The notes below the pieces were generated by a model. That model had not been told where the DNA came from. It saw nothing but the letters and a program-made list of their open reading frames with translations, and did no database searches. A stretch of DNA of 56,925 nt, counting the filler, from Hydrolagus affinis (lineage: Eukaryota): NCBI GenBank assembly GCA_012026655.1. It is 4 parts of 4 records of this genome, joined end to end, with 100 filler letters (N's around TTAATTAATTAA, not from the genome) between each part and the next. Parts side by side here need not be neighbours in the genome. Positions count along the whole stretch, not along the records: positions 1 to 14,960 come from JAAILG010018517.1; 3 more parts are not named here. One strand, written 5' to 3'. A program made the translations under genes and the position numbers. Shown here one piece after another: positions 1-13,200 of this stretch. Numbering within the stretch: position 1 is the first letter of the stretch; the number at the start of each line of letters is the position of its first letter.

Positions 1-118
1 CAGGGCTCATTGACGACTCCACGAATGAATACACATGTATAATTGAGGAGCTGGCTTGTAGCTGATTTATTGTTGCATTTCGAACAATCACCTCGTCGTG
101 AGTCGACGGCTGTTGAGA

Positions 119-577
119 ATGATGCAGAATTTCACTGCAACATACGCTGTTATTAATTTTTTCGTATTATTGTTGTGTAAGTCGATAATGTGTTTGAACA
201 AAACTAGCTTCACTTTTCAATGCTGAATAAGTACAAATTAGCTTTGCTGATACAATCCGAATTTCTTTCAAAGATTGTTGTTCATTTCTATTCCCAGGTG
301 CCTTGGCTGAACGTGATGTGTCACAGAATCCTCAGGCACTGACAGAGAATGCAAATGGAAGTGTGTCTTTGGAGTGCAGAACCACTGGATACGTCAATTA
401 CTTTCATTGGTACAAAGAATATGAAAATGGTTCCATCCAATACTTGGTGATGGGAACCAGAGAGAAGAAGGAAGGGGCGAGGATAAGTGCCTTGGCTGAC
501 ACAAACGAGAAAAAAAGCACATTATCAATCAAATATGTGCGAGTGACAGACACCGCCACTTACATCTGTGCAACGAG
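119..577 (+). CDS. TCR alpha/delta-type V segment V1, apparently intact (leader 119-176, V exon 298-577)
   Basis: Leader MMQNFTATYAVINFFVLLL, GTAAGT donor at 177, CCCAG acceptor at 297, phase 1; exon open with Cys23 (SLEC), Trp41 (HWY), DTATYIC; RSS follows. Confidence 0.9.
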
Positions 578-616
578 CACAGTGCTGCGTGTCTCAGAGG
601 AGCCTGTCCAAAAACA
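578..616 (+). other. 23-RSS of V1
   Basis: CACAGTG 578-584, 23 bp, CCAAAAACA 608-616. Confidence 0.9.
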
Positions 617-1736
617 GGATGAGGACCCTGTAGTTGTACGTGTAAATACCTCATCTGGCAAACGAGTAGACCTGCGTTTCGATTCTTGGCTGGCCAATAC
701 ATTGTGCGATTTTCCTTATTCCGTACTTCTCTGCTAATTGTAGTAGTTTGTAGGTTTCTGGTTCGCCATTGATCCAGGGATCACTTTCCTGAGGATCGTA
801 ATTCATTTAAAAAAAGACAAATGTTCACTTGAATTCACGACTGCTTGTGAGACGCTGCTCTGCTGCAATTAGCCCAACATATGAGTTCAATTCAGTTCAT
901 AGCAGAACTCTGAATAATGAATCAGGCACAATTTAGAATGCATGGTTTATTACTACACTAATGCAGAGCATTATGTAGGAAACCGGCTGCTAGATGACTG
1001 GCCGATAGCCTTTCCTGGGTCAAAACTCCAATAACAAAATGGATGACTCACCATTACGGTTTGCTAGACAAGGCTGTGTGCAATTGGCTGCCGTGTATTT
1101 TATTGAGAAAATACATGATCGCTACCCATGGCAGTTCTTCTTGTGAAGAGATTAGAGATGTTTTGAAGTTGCGATAAAATGCTACATCAAAAACAGTAAC
1201 ATTTATTGTAACTCAAATTTGGATTCGTACGCTAGCATGCATGAGACATTTTCTTCACATGTTTACACACTGGTTAATAAAGTACAAACAAATCAAGTTT
1301 TGGTGATTAATTCTGCTAAAAAAATACTTGTGTTTTGTTCGCAAACGGCTGTAACCCAGAAGCCTGGAGATCAAATGGTGCAGGAAGGAAACATGCAAGT
1401 AACTAGGGCAGAGACATCAGAGAAAATGGTGATTTAACGTTTCTCCTGCCCATTGGCTCTGAACCCTCTCAATGACCTGTTTCGCCTCTTTACCATATTG
1501 GTGGAAGTGAACCAATGGGGGAGCGAGATGGCAGAACAGAGTGAATGATGCAAAGTGACAGAGACATGAATTTTGTGAATAACCTTCAGACCTGCTCATT
1601 CACAGCCGGTGGCAAATTCTGTATGCCACATCTTTTCTGCCCTCCACACCGCATCTAATTGCCTCCCAGCCAATGGTGTGGAACTCCTCCATCAAAGCTC
1701 CCTCAACACCACATGCCACTAAACACACATATCGCA

Positions 1737-2573
1737 ATGTATATTTACGTGGCAGCAGCCTTCATTATCTTCGCAGGTAAGCCACGCACTCAATCTATAT
1801 ATTCATACAAATATAATCCAATGAGTATGTTTACTTATTGCACGAATTAAACAATAAACTGCAGGGTTTGAAATGCGGTAGCATCCTGTTACTCAGTGAA
1901 TAGGGAGGGAGAATCCACAGGAAAGTTTACTTGCGCCAAACTCGCGTCCATTTTTCAGTAGTCTTACATATGAGCCCTACTGTAAGTAAACTTACTGATC
2001 GCGTCTCTGAAGCATTTAATTCAAACATGTAATCGTATATAAATCTATCGAGTAACTAGCTTTTTGCGGAAACTGATACTCGCAATTTGTTCTGACGTTT
2101 TGCCCAGAAAATGTGCTAAATTAATATTCTGTGAAGTGTTGTTGCTATCGCGGATATGGGCGAAGGCGCTGTAGCAAATGTAAGGATTACTTATATCGAT
2201 ATATATGCGATTATTATCATTCTTATTTACGTTATCATTGGTACATATTTATACTATTTCTAGGACATTGTGAAGGCGACGCTGTGACGCAGCTCCAATC
2301 AACTGTGACAGCATATCAAGGGGAGAATGCAATATTGTAGTTTAATTATACAGCTGCAAGTGGAACCAGTATATATCTGTTCTGGTACCGTCACTATCCC
2401 AACTCAGCTCCAGAATATATCCTCAGCACATCCACCAGCAACAGACCACAATATGCAGACTTTGCCAAAGGACGTTTCTCAGCAACAGTGGATAAAGTGG
2501 AGAGAACCGTACCATTACATATATCCCAAGTGAGAGTGACAGACTCGGCCGTGTATTGCTGTGCACTGAGCCC
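1737..2573 (+). pseudogene. V segment V2, pseudogene (leader 1737-1776, V exon 2264-2573)
   Basis: Leader MYIYVAAAFIIFA/GTAAG; in-frame TAG at 2338-2340 and Cys23 codon TTT; remainder FWYRHYP...DSAVYCCALS is close to V5. Confidence 0.9.
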
Positions 2574-2612
2574 CACAGAGACACCGATCAGCGCTACCGC
2601 CCTACAAAAACT
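2574..2612 (+). other. 23-RSS of V2
   Basis: CACAGAG, 23 bp, ACAAAAACT. Confidence 0.85.
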
Positions 2613-2621
2613 ACCATGTGG

Positions 2622-2965
2622 AGTCCTGTAGCTCAGTGGTTGCAGCACTCGCCTCACAGGCAAGACACGAGGGTTTGAATTCACGGCTAAGCGAAATGTG
2701 GGGCAAGTTTCCTTACTCCACATATATGCGGCTGTTTACATGGCAGTAAATCGTATTAGTGACTCGCTATTCCGGGCGTAACAATTGCTTCAGAATATTG
2801 ATGATATTAATAAATTGGTCATTCAATCCAATGGATCTCTGATGTGCAAACTTGGCTTTCGCGTTTCTCCCACACAATAAGATTTCAAAGCGTTTACAAT
2901 ACATTCTATGAAGCGCTCTGTTGCAACTCTAAGATGTGATATGGTGATATATCAAAGGCAAATGT
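2622..2965 (+). mobile_element. tRNA-headed SINE with Deu-type core and L2-like tail (representative of >20 full or partial copies in the window)
   Basis: Head GTCCTGTAGCTCAGTGGTT..GGTTTGAATTC (A/B boxes); other copies show core GGGACACTGCTGTGCGCAATTGGCTGCCGCGTTTC resembling the DeuSINE domain and tail AAGCGCTATATCAAATGCAAG-(ATT)n. Confidence 0.8.
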
Positions 2966-3175
2966 ATATCAAAGGAATATTTATATTTTTTATGTCTTTT
3001 GTGGAGACATTTACGATATAGAAGTTTTCTGTTCTGTTCTAGTCGATTGTAGAACATTCTAAAAAGTAAATATATCAATAGCTTGCGTTTGTACAGCGCC
3101 ATTCAAAAAGGGAATGTTGAGCCTGGCTGGAAACCATTTACTATGAAATGTCTCCAATTGTGCACTTTCTGTACC

Positions 3176-3310
3176 TGCAATCCACCAGGAGATGGCGCAC
3201 TAAGCACATGCAGTATCTGACATGAGCACGAAATGACATAACTTGCCTCATTCCTTTCTGTGATTAACTTCCTTGTGAGCCATAGCAGGTGCATCCTGTC
3301 ACAGTTGATG
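3176..3310 (+). promoter_or_regulatory. Conserved non-coding element with CTCF-like motif (copy 1)
   Basis: TGCAATCCA-CCAGGAGATGGCGC (core 3185-3198, 1 mismatch to CCASYAGRKGGCRS); homologous to 13071-13200 and 18497-18620. Confidence 0.55.
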
Positions 3311-3789
3311 TTGGAGCTTCATATACACTATTGCCGCTGCAGCTGAAAAGTGCTAATGTTTGTTTGCTTAAACATGATTAATGTTATTGTTATCTCAGAA
3401 TAATTTGATATGATACATTTTCTACCTTATTCTCTTCCCTGGAAATAATCAGCCACCATTGAGTGGCTCTCACTCTGTTGTTAAACGTGTTAGGCTTCCT
3501 CAATGGCTGCATGCGCACTTTCGTTGGTTAATTTGTGAAAGGAGCATAAAATTGTTCAGATAATTTTATTTTTGATTTAAAGGACTCATGATAATTGTGA
3601 GTTCGGGCCGTCCTGCCTTGGATGCAGTTCCAAACAGGACTGCAAAGCGATAGTCATTATAACAGTCCTTGCCTTGTACAACATGCCTTCATGTAGGAGT
3701 TGCTAGTAAAGAGTTCAGTTTGAATTAATTTAAAAATAAATGACTGCATTTTGAAGACAAATACAATTGGCAGTTTGAACATAGAAACT

Positions 3790-4950
3790 ATCCCACGAAT
3801 GAGAGACTTATTAGGAAATTAAAGACCCACGGCGTAAAAGGGACAGTGGCAGAGTGGATCCACAACTGGCTGCGAGACAGAAAGCAGACTGTTGTAGAGA
3901 GTGGCTGTTTTTCAGACTGGAGGGAGGTGAGGAGTGGTGTGCCACAGGGATCGGTTTTGGGAACATTGCTCTTTGTAATCTACATCAATGATCTGGACTT
4001 GGGTGTATGGAGTACAGTTTCCAAGTTTGCAGATGACACTAAGTTAGGGAGAATAGTAAATAGTGAGGAGGATAGTAGCCATCTGTATGAGGATATATAC
4101 AAATTGGTAAAGTGGGCAGACACATGGCAGATGAAGTTTAATGCAGAGAAGTGTGAGGAGATGCATTTTGGGAGAAGAAATGAAGGGAGGCAATATAGGC
4201 TAGATAGTACGATTTTAAATGGTTTGAAGGAACAGAGAGACCTGGGGATTTGTGTTAGTGACTCGTTGAAGGTGGCAGAACAGGTACACAGGTAGACAAG
4301 GCTGTTAAGAAGGCATATGGGATACTTGGCTTTATAAATAGCGGAATAGAATACAAAAGTCAGGAAGCGCTGACTAACCTCTACAAAATATTGGTGAGGC
4401 CTCAGCTGGAATACTGTGTTCAATTCTGGTCACCACACTACAGAAAGGATGTGAAGACATTGGAAAGAAGATTTACTAGGGTGGTGCCAGGATTGAGGGA
4501 CTTCAGCTATGAGGAGAGGCTAGATAGGCTAGGGTTATTCTCTCTAGAACAGAGAAGATTGAGGGGAGACCTAATAGAGGTTTATAAGATCATGAGGGGT
4601 TTCGACAGGGCAAATAGAGAAAAACTATTTCCACTCGTGGGCGAATCTGTGACTCGTGGTCACAGATTTAAAATAGTTTCAAGGCAAAGTAGAGGGGAGC
4701 TGAGGAGAATTTTTTTCACTCAGCGAGTTGTTCGAATCTGGAACGCATTGCCTGAAAAGGTGTTGGAGGCTGATTCGATAACAACTCTTAAGAGTGAATT
4801 AGATCTTTATTTAGGGAGAACATGTCTATTAGGCTATGGGGAGCGGGCAGGACAGTGGGATTGAATTGCTCTGTTCGAAGAGCCGGCACAGACTAGATGG
4901 GCCGAATGGCCTCCTTCTGTGCCGTGAAATTCTATGAATCTATGAATCTA
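3790..4950 (+). mobile_element. CR1-type LINE, 5'-truncated, frameshifted RT C-terminus and 3' tail
   Basis: SGVPQGSVLGTLLFVIYINDL, KFADDTKL, LVRPQLEYCVQFWSPHY; ends in (ATGAATCT)n tail. Confidence 0.93.
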
Positions 4951-5407
4951 TTAATATATGAATATACAATGAACCGAATTGTGGCTCTATCTAAGTTTTC
5001 TTGATAACACACCCCTGATACAGAGTCGTGAATTAGAATTTCAGTCCAGACTATCATCTCAATGTAACGTATTGAGCCTTGAACAAAAATCTTTCTGACT
5101 CATTAAATATACTACCAGCAACAGAGGTAGGTTGTCATCTCAGCCTTGAATTTAGAAAGTTAACCTTTGTTTTGGGGTGAAACATGTATCTATTCCCTCC
5201 GTTCTAGCCCGGATCAACCTGTAGCCAATCAGCAGCTGATTAAGGCCAAGATACTCTGGATAGTGTGACACACCTACAATTTTATTGAATAACCCACTGC
5301 CTGCACACAGCAGATCTGCCGCTGCCTCATTACTTGTAACTGAGGCATCCGAACAGACATATACAAAGAAATAGATTCCACTACCTGCCCTCACCTCAGC
5401 AGCCATC

Positions 5408-6276
5408 ATGACAGGTCACTGTCAGTTACTGATAGCAATCCTCACCATAGCCAGTAAGTATGTGTGGACATGCCCAGTGCATATGATTTGGTATTACATG
5501 ACGTGGAAAGCACTATTTCAAATGCCAGTATCATTATTATATAATATTCGGTAGAGTAGCAATTAGAGCACTCCAATTGAAAAAGAAAGCACCTCAGCGT
5601 AACTCACAGTCAGGGCTAATTGTTGGACAATTTGCTTTACACCAACACACGACGTTGCGAGTCTGCCAGTAATTAGGAACTGTATTCAACTTCCACCTCG
5701 AATCTTCACTCCGACAATTATCGATAATATCAATACTTTGATAGCTCACTCTCAAACTCTTTATGGGACACTGTTGTGCACAATTATCTATGAGGTTCGC
5801 CTGAAAAGGCGATTGGAGTCAATTCATTTGAATTTATATTCATGGGTTGTTTTGTGTATAGTTTTTGTAACGTCTCATTGTTGTGAAAATTCCAGCAAAA
5901 AAACTCAATAATAGTTGGTATTATTAGAATTGCACATTAATCCTTGCCTTGTGAAAAACAAGTTTTTTTTTATTGCAGAAGTTACCGGGAAAGATGTAAC
6001 ATACCAATATCCTCCTGAGATAAGGGAATTTGAAGGACTAGACGCGAGAATAAACTGCAATTATTCCACAATGGACGCTGCCATTTGGTATGGGGAATAT
6101 GCGGATGCAGAGCTTCAGTACTTCTTCAGGATATATGCCTCGGGAAAGGTAGACAAAGCTCCTGATATTCCTGACCACTTCACTGCCAAGCTGGACAAGG
6201 AGAATAAAGTATTTAACTTGCAAATACTCAGGGCTGTTGTGGGTGACGGCGCCGTGTATTAGTGTGCCCTGCAGCC
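5408..6276 (+). pseudogene. V segment V3, pseudogene by a single nonsense codon (leader 5408-5453, V exon 5979-6276)
   Basis: Leader MTGHCQLLIAILTIA/GTAAGT; TGCAG acceptor; INC, IWY, DGAVY-TAG(6260-6262)-CAL. Confidence 0.9.
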
Positions 6277-6315
6277 CACACTGTGACAGGAGGCCAGATA
6301 CACTGAACAAAAACT
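6277..6315 (+). other. 23-RSS of V3
   Basis: CACACTG, 23 bp, ACAAAAACT. Confidence 0.85.
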
Positions 6316-7648
6316 CAGCAGATAATCGTGACTTACTCTCACACATTCAACTTCTTGCTGCTAACACAGATGGCTACACTATTATTACAGGTAGGGCGGT
6401 AGACAGTGGCTGTGGAGTGTATTGCAGAGTTTGGAGTACTCGCCTTGCTCTCGAGTGGACCTCGGATTCATTCCCAAACGTTGGGAATCCTTAGGTAGTT
6501 CTCCACACTCTGGAAGAACATACATCTTTACTTAACAGTTGCTAAGAACCTTCCTGTTATTAGATGGGTTGATTGGTGGATCGCTTTCCCTGGGTTTATA
6601 ATCCGTTAAATAAACAAAATAATATAACTGTAATTACTCTATCCACGTAAGTTTGTAGGACACTGCTTCGCTGATTGGCCTGCCAGTGTTTCTTCCACCA
6701 AGACACACACTGTCAAGGCACATTTCGGTAGATTCTGTGAAGCCCTACGAGACATGCGAAAAATATCGCTATATCAAATCCAAAGATATGTTTAAAATTA
6801 TTCTTGCAGTACCATATAATAATAATCAAACATCTAACTTCCACGTAATACACTTAAAAGCGACTTACATACTGTGGATGATATACTAGATTCCTGACGG
6901 AAGTATTGGGCTGACATCATATTGCAGATCTGGGGGGGTGTCTAGAAATGCCAGAGAAGCTGCTCATCAGTTGGACCTTCAAACAGTGGTCCAGTCGGTT
7001 TGTAAGAAGCGTTGTTAATGATCCCATGTCCCTGTGAGAGCAATAACAGGGTTTCTCCTGGTGACTGGGCAGACATTCCATCAGCACAATTGTTTGTTCA
7101 CTTCACAGATGATTGAGGGAACATTGTTTTAACTAAATTAGCCGATGACGTTGCCAAACACAGAATCTCTGCCCTCGAGAGAAAAGCCTGTGTGGACCTA
7201 CAGGAATCTTCCATGAATTGATAAGGATATATGCAAAAGAATGTTAAACCTAAATAACTGCTTTAAGGCATATTTCTTCCGATAGTGTATTCCCTTATAA
7301 ACTTGTAATAATTATGCTAATAACAGTAACAGCTGTATTTGACTGAATTCGATGTAGCCAGATCATTTCATTCACGTGATTCTAAGTGATTGAACGAAAA
7401 TACTGCGAAGTGCAGTAACTTCCTATCATGTGGACTAAACGAACTCTGTTGGTAGCCGATTGTGGAATGAATGTCACAGAAGCAAACATAAAGGAAACGA
7501 GACGCCAGTGGAGGCGTCAACGAGAGTATAGTTGTAACCTACACAGTTAGCGCCACTCGACAAACATTCATGAACGTTTACCAGCAGTTAGCTGGTGTCT
7601 ACTTGCATTTCAACTGGATGTTCTGACATGAATCGACGAGGATTGTGA

Positions 7649-8105
7649 ATGAAACCAAGTTACCAAGCAACGTTTATTATTTTTAATTTCATGCCGTCGC
7701 TCTTCTGTAAGTAGAGTGTGAGTTTGCACAAAGACATCCTTGTTTGCTGTTAAATAATTATAAGTTTTGTTGGAGATATTTTCCGAATTTCTTTCCAAGA
7801 ATGTTCATGTCTATTCCCCAGGTGACTTGGCTGAAAGCGAAGTGTCACAGAGACCTCAGTTTGCTGACAGGGAATGAAAATGGAAATGTATATATAGAGT
7901 GCAACACCGCTTTGTACAACCCAACTTTTCAATTGTACAAACAGTATGGAAACGGCTCCATCCATTTACTGGTGAAGGGAAGCAGAGAGATCAGGTGGAG
8001 GAGAGGATAAGTGCTTTGGCTGATAAAAAAAGAGAAGAACAGCACACTGACAATCAGAGATGTGAGGGTGACAGACACCGCCACTTACTTCTATGCAGCA
8101 GAGAG
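7649..8105 (+). pseudogene. V segment V4, pseudogene paralog of V1 (leader 7649-7706, V exon 7822-8105)
   Basis: Frameshift giving TGA at 7875-7877, Trp41 codon TTG, second Cys codon TAT; splice sites retained. Confidence 0.9.
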
Positions 8106-8144
8106 CACAGTGCTGCGTGTCTAAGAGGAGCCTGTACATAAACA
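8106..8144 (+). other. 23-RSS of V4
   Basis: CACAGTG, 23 bp, ACATAAACA. Confidence 0.85.
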
Positions 8145-9680
8145 TGCTGCTGTATGTTACTGTAGCTCACTGGATATACCACTCGCCTTTTAGATCCATG
8201 AACGTTTGTGGAACACTGCTGCGTGCAATTGGCTGTCACATAGAGCCGGTAACATATACAGTTGCCACACTACACTGTACAACAAAAAAACGCTTTGTTA
8301 TGTCTCAAAGACTGGACAAGATGATGTAAAAAGTGCAAGTATTATTAATATTGTTTCTGGTTCTCTGTCGAGCAATAAGTTGGATCCAGGTTCACAGTCG
8401 TTTGGTGGAGAGCCTTCCAGAGTGCAATAGTCCATTAAACAATAATTGATACTTCAATCCATCACTTTTTGTGAGACGATACTCTGTGAAATTCTCTGCC
8501 GCAAAATACACAAGCGTTACACTTTACGGTATATCATGTGAAACGCTTAGAGATGTCTTGAAGAAACGATACGATGCTACATAAAAATGATGGATTATTG
8601 CAACACAATATTTGATACAGATACTCACAAGTATTTAAGTGGATTTGAGATCGATTTCCCATTGTTTTAGACACATGGATTACAAATATGAATGCGCATA
8701 TAGGAAGCCAATGTTAGCGAATTACAATGCATAGCAGATAACATGCAGGCATGAGTTATCCTAGAAAAATGTGTGTGTAGTGCCCAAACTGCTGAAACCC
8801 AGAAGGAAGGAAACTGGGGCAGGAAAAAAACTTTCAATCAATAGGGGCAGAGACATCTGAGAAACTGCTGACGCCACGTGGGCTCATCACTTTGGCTTTG
8901 AAACCCTCTCAATGGCTGGTTTCACCTCGTTAGTAAATTGCAAGGTAGCACAGGTGATGTGAAGCCAACACAAATTAGGCCATTGTCTAGCCCTGTGTAC
9001 ATACTCAGTGGCTTCCACTGAATACCTCGTCCTGCCTTGTGACGTCACTAATCGCTTCATAGACTACTCTGTAAATGTTGTGACTCGGCGATTTGCAGGG
9101 GAAACCAGGCAGCCAATTGTGCAAAGCAATGTCACACAAACAGTGGTGGATTCAATTGCTTATTATTAACACTGGAACACAACTAGATCAACCAAAAAAT
9201 AACCGAACTGATACTGATAGTTGGGCAAACAAAATTGGTTGGGTAGAGTAAGGAAACGTAACCAAGATTTCGCCCTACAAGAATCTAACACAGGCACGTT
9301 GCTTGTCGTGTGAGTGTTGATACCACTAAGCAAAAGGAATCCGCAGATAGTACAGTTGCGTGAATATCATGCATGTGCTTGGACGAATTGTAAGAGGATT
9401 ATTGGTGTAAGTTGCCGAATGTGTCAGACACCTGGTTGATCAAAGACATGTCAGTGTTGGAGGAGAACCAATGGAGGAGCAAGATGGCAGAGCAGAGGAA
9501 ATGACGCTCAATGACATAGACAAACGTAGTTCTACATAACCCTCAGACCTGCTCCCTCACAGTATATGGCAACTTGTGTAAGTTCACCTCTCCTCACGGT
9601 ATCTCACTACTTCCAGACCAACATTTTCAACTGCCGCATCATCACTCTCTTAGCACTCTGGGCATTAAATACATACGGCA

Positions 9681-10505
9681 ATGTATATTTACCTGGTAGC
9701 AACCATCATTACCTTGTCAGGTAGACACACACGAATTGTATAATGTGGGATTCTGGGTTCGATTCACCGGTCAAACAAGACGTTACATTAGGCAAGTTTG
9801 CTTACCCCACATTAATTGCTCTTTTTACTGAAACGTGATTCGGAATAAGGTAACCAGCCATTTAGAGGATTGCTTTCTGGGGGTAATTATCCGTGAAAAA
9901 AAATACTGCTGCAAAGGTAATTTGGTCAATCTTTGCATAACTGCTTGCGGGAAACTGTTAAGTAGAAAAGGTTACTGAATTTCTCCCGGAAATTTCACGT
10001 CTTATCGACGTCTCAACGCGCTTCACGGAATATACTATCAAGTGAATTGATTGTATATTGGTGGGTAAAACTTTAACAAAGTATAGATTTGCCTATAACA
10101 GAATACAAAATAAATTTTGAATTGACTGTATATTTTGTGGGCGTAACTGTTGTTATCGATCGTATTTTACTGAATATTGGTGTTTGTCTGATTTTCAGGA
10201 CACTGTGGAGGAGACTCTGTGAAACAGCTCCCAGCGACTGTGACAGTGAAGGAAGGGGAGGATGAGAATCTGCAATGTATTTATGCTACAACAGACAGCT
10301 ATCCCTACTTGTTCTGGTACCGACACTATCCCAACACAGCTCCAGAATATATTGTTACAACATCCACCAGCAACAGACCACAATATGCCGACTTTACCAA
10401 AGGGCGTTTCTCATCGCTTGTGGATAAAGTAGGGAAAACTGTCCCTTTAAATATATTCCAAGTGACAATGACAGACTCTGCTGTGTATTACTGTGCGCTG
10501 AGCCC
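9681..10505 (+). CDS. V segment V5, intact (leader 9681-9720, V exon 10199-10505)
   Basis: Leader MYIYLVATIITLS, TTTCAG acceptor, open frame ENLQC...LFWYRHYP...DSAVYYCALSP. Confidence 0.92.
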
Positions 10506-10544
10506 CACAGAGGCACAGATCAGTGTTCCTGCCGTACAAAAACC
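10506..10544 (+). other. 23-RSS of V5
   Basis: CACAGAG, 23 bp, ACAAAAACC (consensus nonamer). Confidence 0.9.
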
Positions 10545-11126
10545 CACATGCTGAGGCCTGCATCTCAATGATTAGAGCTATCGCTTAGCAAGACAGAGCA
10601 CCTGGGTTCCATTGATTGCAGAGCAAAACATTCAGTGCTGTCCACAAACATTCTTTATTTTACCCACACGCCTCTGTTTGCCTCGCGGTAAATGGGAACC
10701 CGCTTGGATGTCGTTTGATGTATTAGTTGTTAGGCATAATCATCCCTTAAGCAAATAATAATAACTGTTTGAGAATAAGATTACTGTACAACCAACAACA
10801 AACTGGTCATTCAAACCAATGGAAAACTGGTGTGCTGAATTGGCTGCCACGTTTCTCCCACTCAATATGTAATGAGTTGCTATACAGTGTATTTCATACA
10901 GCACTTTGAGTTGTCTTGAATATGTGATAAATTAGAAGAAAAATAATAATTATTGATACATTTAATCAGGTATCTGATGGAGAGTACTGCCACATGCACT
11001 GGCTCTTCCATAGTGAATCCATAATAGGAAAACTTTAAAATCACTAAGTTATGCTTATGTTGTTTAGATATAAATTACGTTCTATGGTGTCAGAGAAACT
11101 TTCCTATAGTGAGTGGAGGGAATGCG

Positions 11127-12080
11127 GAACAACAACAACAGCAGCATCAAAACCACATTTGTATAGCGCTTTTCACATCCGGGGGACGCCCATTGCGCTG
11201 CACAGTTACTGCTTCAGACCAGAGCTGAGGAAAGGGCTGGGGAGGAGGAGGTGGGATGAGGAGTAGCTGATGGTTCCATCAAGTGGAGAGTCTTTAGGCA
11301 AGTCTTGAAGGATGCCAGTGATGCGGCGAGACAGGGGGACAGTGAGATGGAGTTCCAGAAGTTGTGGGTAGAGTCGCTGAAGTGGGCTTCATGTTATAAT
11401 TAAAGGTATGACAGCAATCATTTGGTAGAGAAATCGAGAGGCGTTTACTTGAGCAAAAGGTAGTTGAAATCTGGAGCCGTCTTCCCCAAAATGCTGTGGA
11501 TACTGGATCGATTTCATTTTGAGAACTCAGCGGCATCGATATATGTAAGGAAATGTGATTCAAGTAGAGATGAAGTTCAGCCCCGGTGTAACAACAGCAA
11601 AAAAAATATATTTGTATTGCGTCTTTCACGTCAGGTGGACATCCCCGAGACGCTGGATAGTCATACCGAGCTGGGGACCTGGGTCGGGTGTAGGGGGGGG
11701 GGTGGTGTGTTGAGTGGTGGATGAGTGGGGGAGTCGTTGTTTTAAGCTGGGTCCATTGAAGAGGAGAGCGTTGAGTTCAGATTTCAAGGAGGACAGGAAG
11801 GGAACGAGGCAGAGGGATTGCGGAACGGAGGCTGGGGGTTGTGTTACTGAAGACTTGCCCTTTCGCCCGAGGGTTGGGCAGGTGGGTCGGGAGACATGGA
11901 GCAGGCGAGAGGCTGCTGATCGTGGTGGGCAGGCATGTTGGTAAGAGGTTACAAGTTCACTGATGTAGGGTGGGGCGAGGTTGTGGAGGGTTTTAATTGT
12001 GAGGACCAGGATCTTCAATTAGATCCTCTGGATGATGGGGAGACAATGGAGTCGATCAAGCATGGGAGAAATTGGGTCAC
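11127..12080 (-). mobile_element. L2-type LINE 3' fragment
   Basis: Minus ORF KILVLTIKTLHNLAPPYISEL typical of L2 ORF2 C-terminus; (TTG)n tail at ~11130. Confidence 0.8.
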
Positions 12081-13070
12081 GGAGTTTAGAACTTTCCGCA
12101 GAATGTAGCAGAATCTCGCAACTCTCTGCGGGGCGTTGAATGGCATTTTCTGTTCCCATTAAGCCAATTGCGTGCAGGGCAGTTTACTACAGTGAATAGC
12201 AGTGACGGAGCTTGTTCCAGAACTGTCTGGTGAGAAAACCAACTATCCTAAAGAAAGACATTTAGGGCGAATGTGAAGAGAGGTAATGGGAGCAGTGGGA
12301 GATGGAGATGGAGGTGGATGTAATCGAAAATTTGCAAAGCTTAGGGCCGAGTTTTATTCCCAGTGACAAAATAAATGCAGTGCTACAAGACTGATTGTAA
12401 CTAATGCTGTAACATGAATGTGACTCGGAAACACATTGAGGTTCACTGCTCTATCATCTATCCGAAAAGTTTTATTGAGAATATTCTGCGAACGAGGCAT
12501 GCATTTCTGACTAACCGAATTCATGTTGCCAGATATAATTGGTTCAATTAACGTCTGGAATTAAAGTGCACACTAAACAGACGTTGATACCTATTGGCGA
12601 TGCAAAGGGAGAACACGAGCTGTATTATTTATATAGAAATATACGATAAAAATACTTTACTTATTTTATTATTACGATAAATATTTTGCCTGGTGAAGAT
12701 CGTGCATTTGGAACTACTCCCAATGCGAATGACACTCTATAAATGTAAATTTACTTTCCTGTAATCTGACCATCGTCAATTTTCAGTGAAATAATCAAAG
12801 CAGGTAGAGGAAATAATCAAATAATTGAATTAAATTGTTGGTTATGTTGAGCGTTATTGGTGGTGGGGGGCTCAAATATAAGCACGAATACGCCAAGAGA
12901 TTGCGGAATAAATTGGCTTCCAATTTTCTATTAAAGCTGGGAAAACATGAGAAACAAGCAGGGAACGAGCCGAATGTATATGCTTCCACGGGAGTAGAAA
13001 CTATGAGCGAATTCAAGACAGTCATAAAACAATTTGCTTTAAAATATCTCCATTAAGCACCTGCTTTAGC

Positions 13071-13200
13071 TGCAATCCACCAATAGGTGGCGAAATAAGC
13101 ACACGTGTAACATCAGTTTCCATTGCTGTAACTTGCCACATGCTTTTCTGTAACTAACGTCATTGGCAGCTCTCACCGTTGTTTCCTGTTACAGTTGACA
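13071..13200 (+). promoter_or_regulatory. Conserved non-coding element with degenerate CTCF-like motif (copy 2)
   Basis: TGCAATCCA-CCAATAGGTGGCGA (13080-13093, 2 mismatches); downstream homology to copies 1 and 3. Confidence 0.45.

Noticed and set aside
578-737. C-terminal extensions of V ORFs past the second Cys (also V5, V7, V11, V12)
   Set aside because: They are read-through into RSS and flank, removed by V(D)J recombination
1340-1437. TAVTQKPGDQMVQEG resembles a V-domain N-terminus
   Set aside because: No acceptor, Cys or Trp follows, and the duplicated copy at ~8795 does not keep the reading; it is upstream non-coding sequence
2622-2700. tRNA-like sequence (A and B boxes), many copies
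   Set aside because: Always continues into SINE core and tail; no complete cloverleaf
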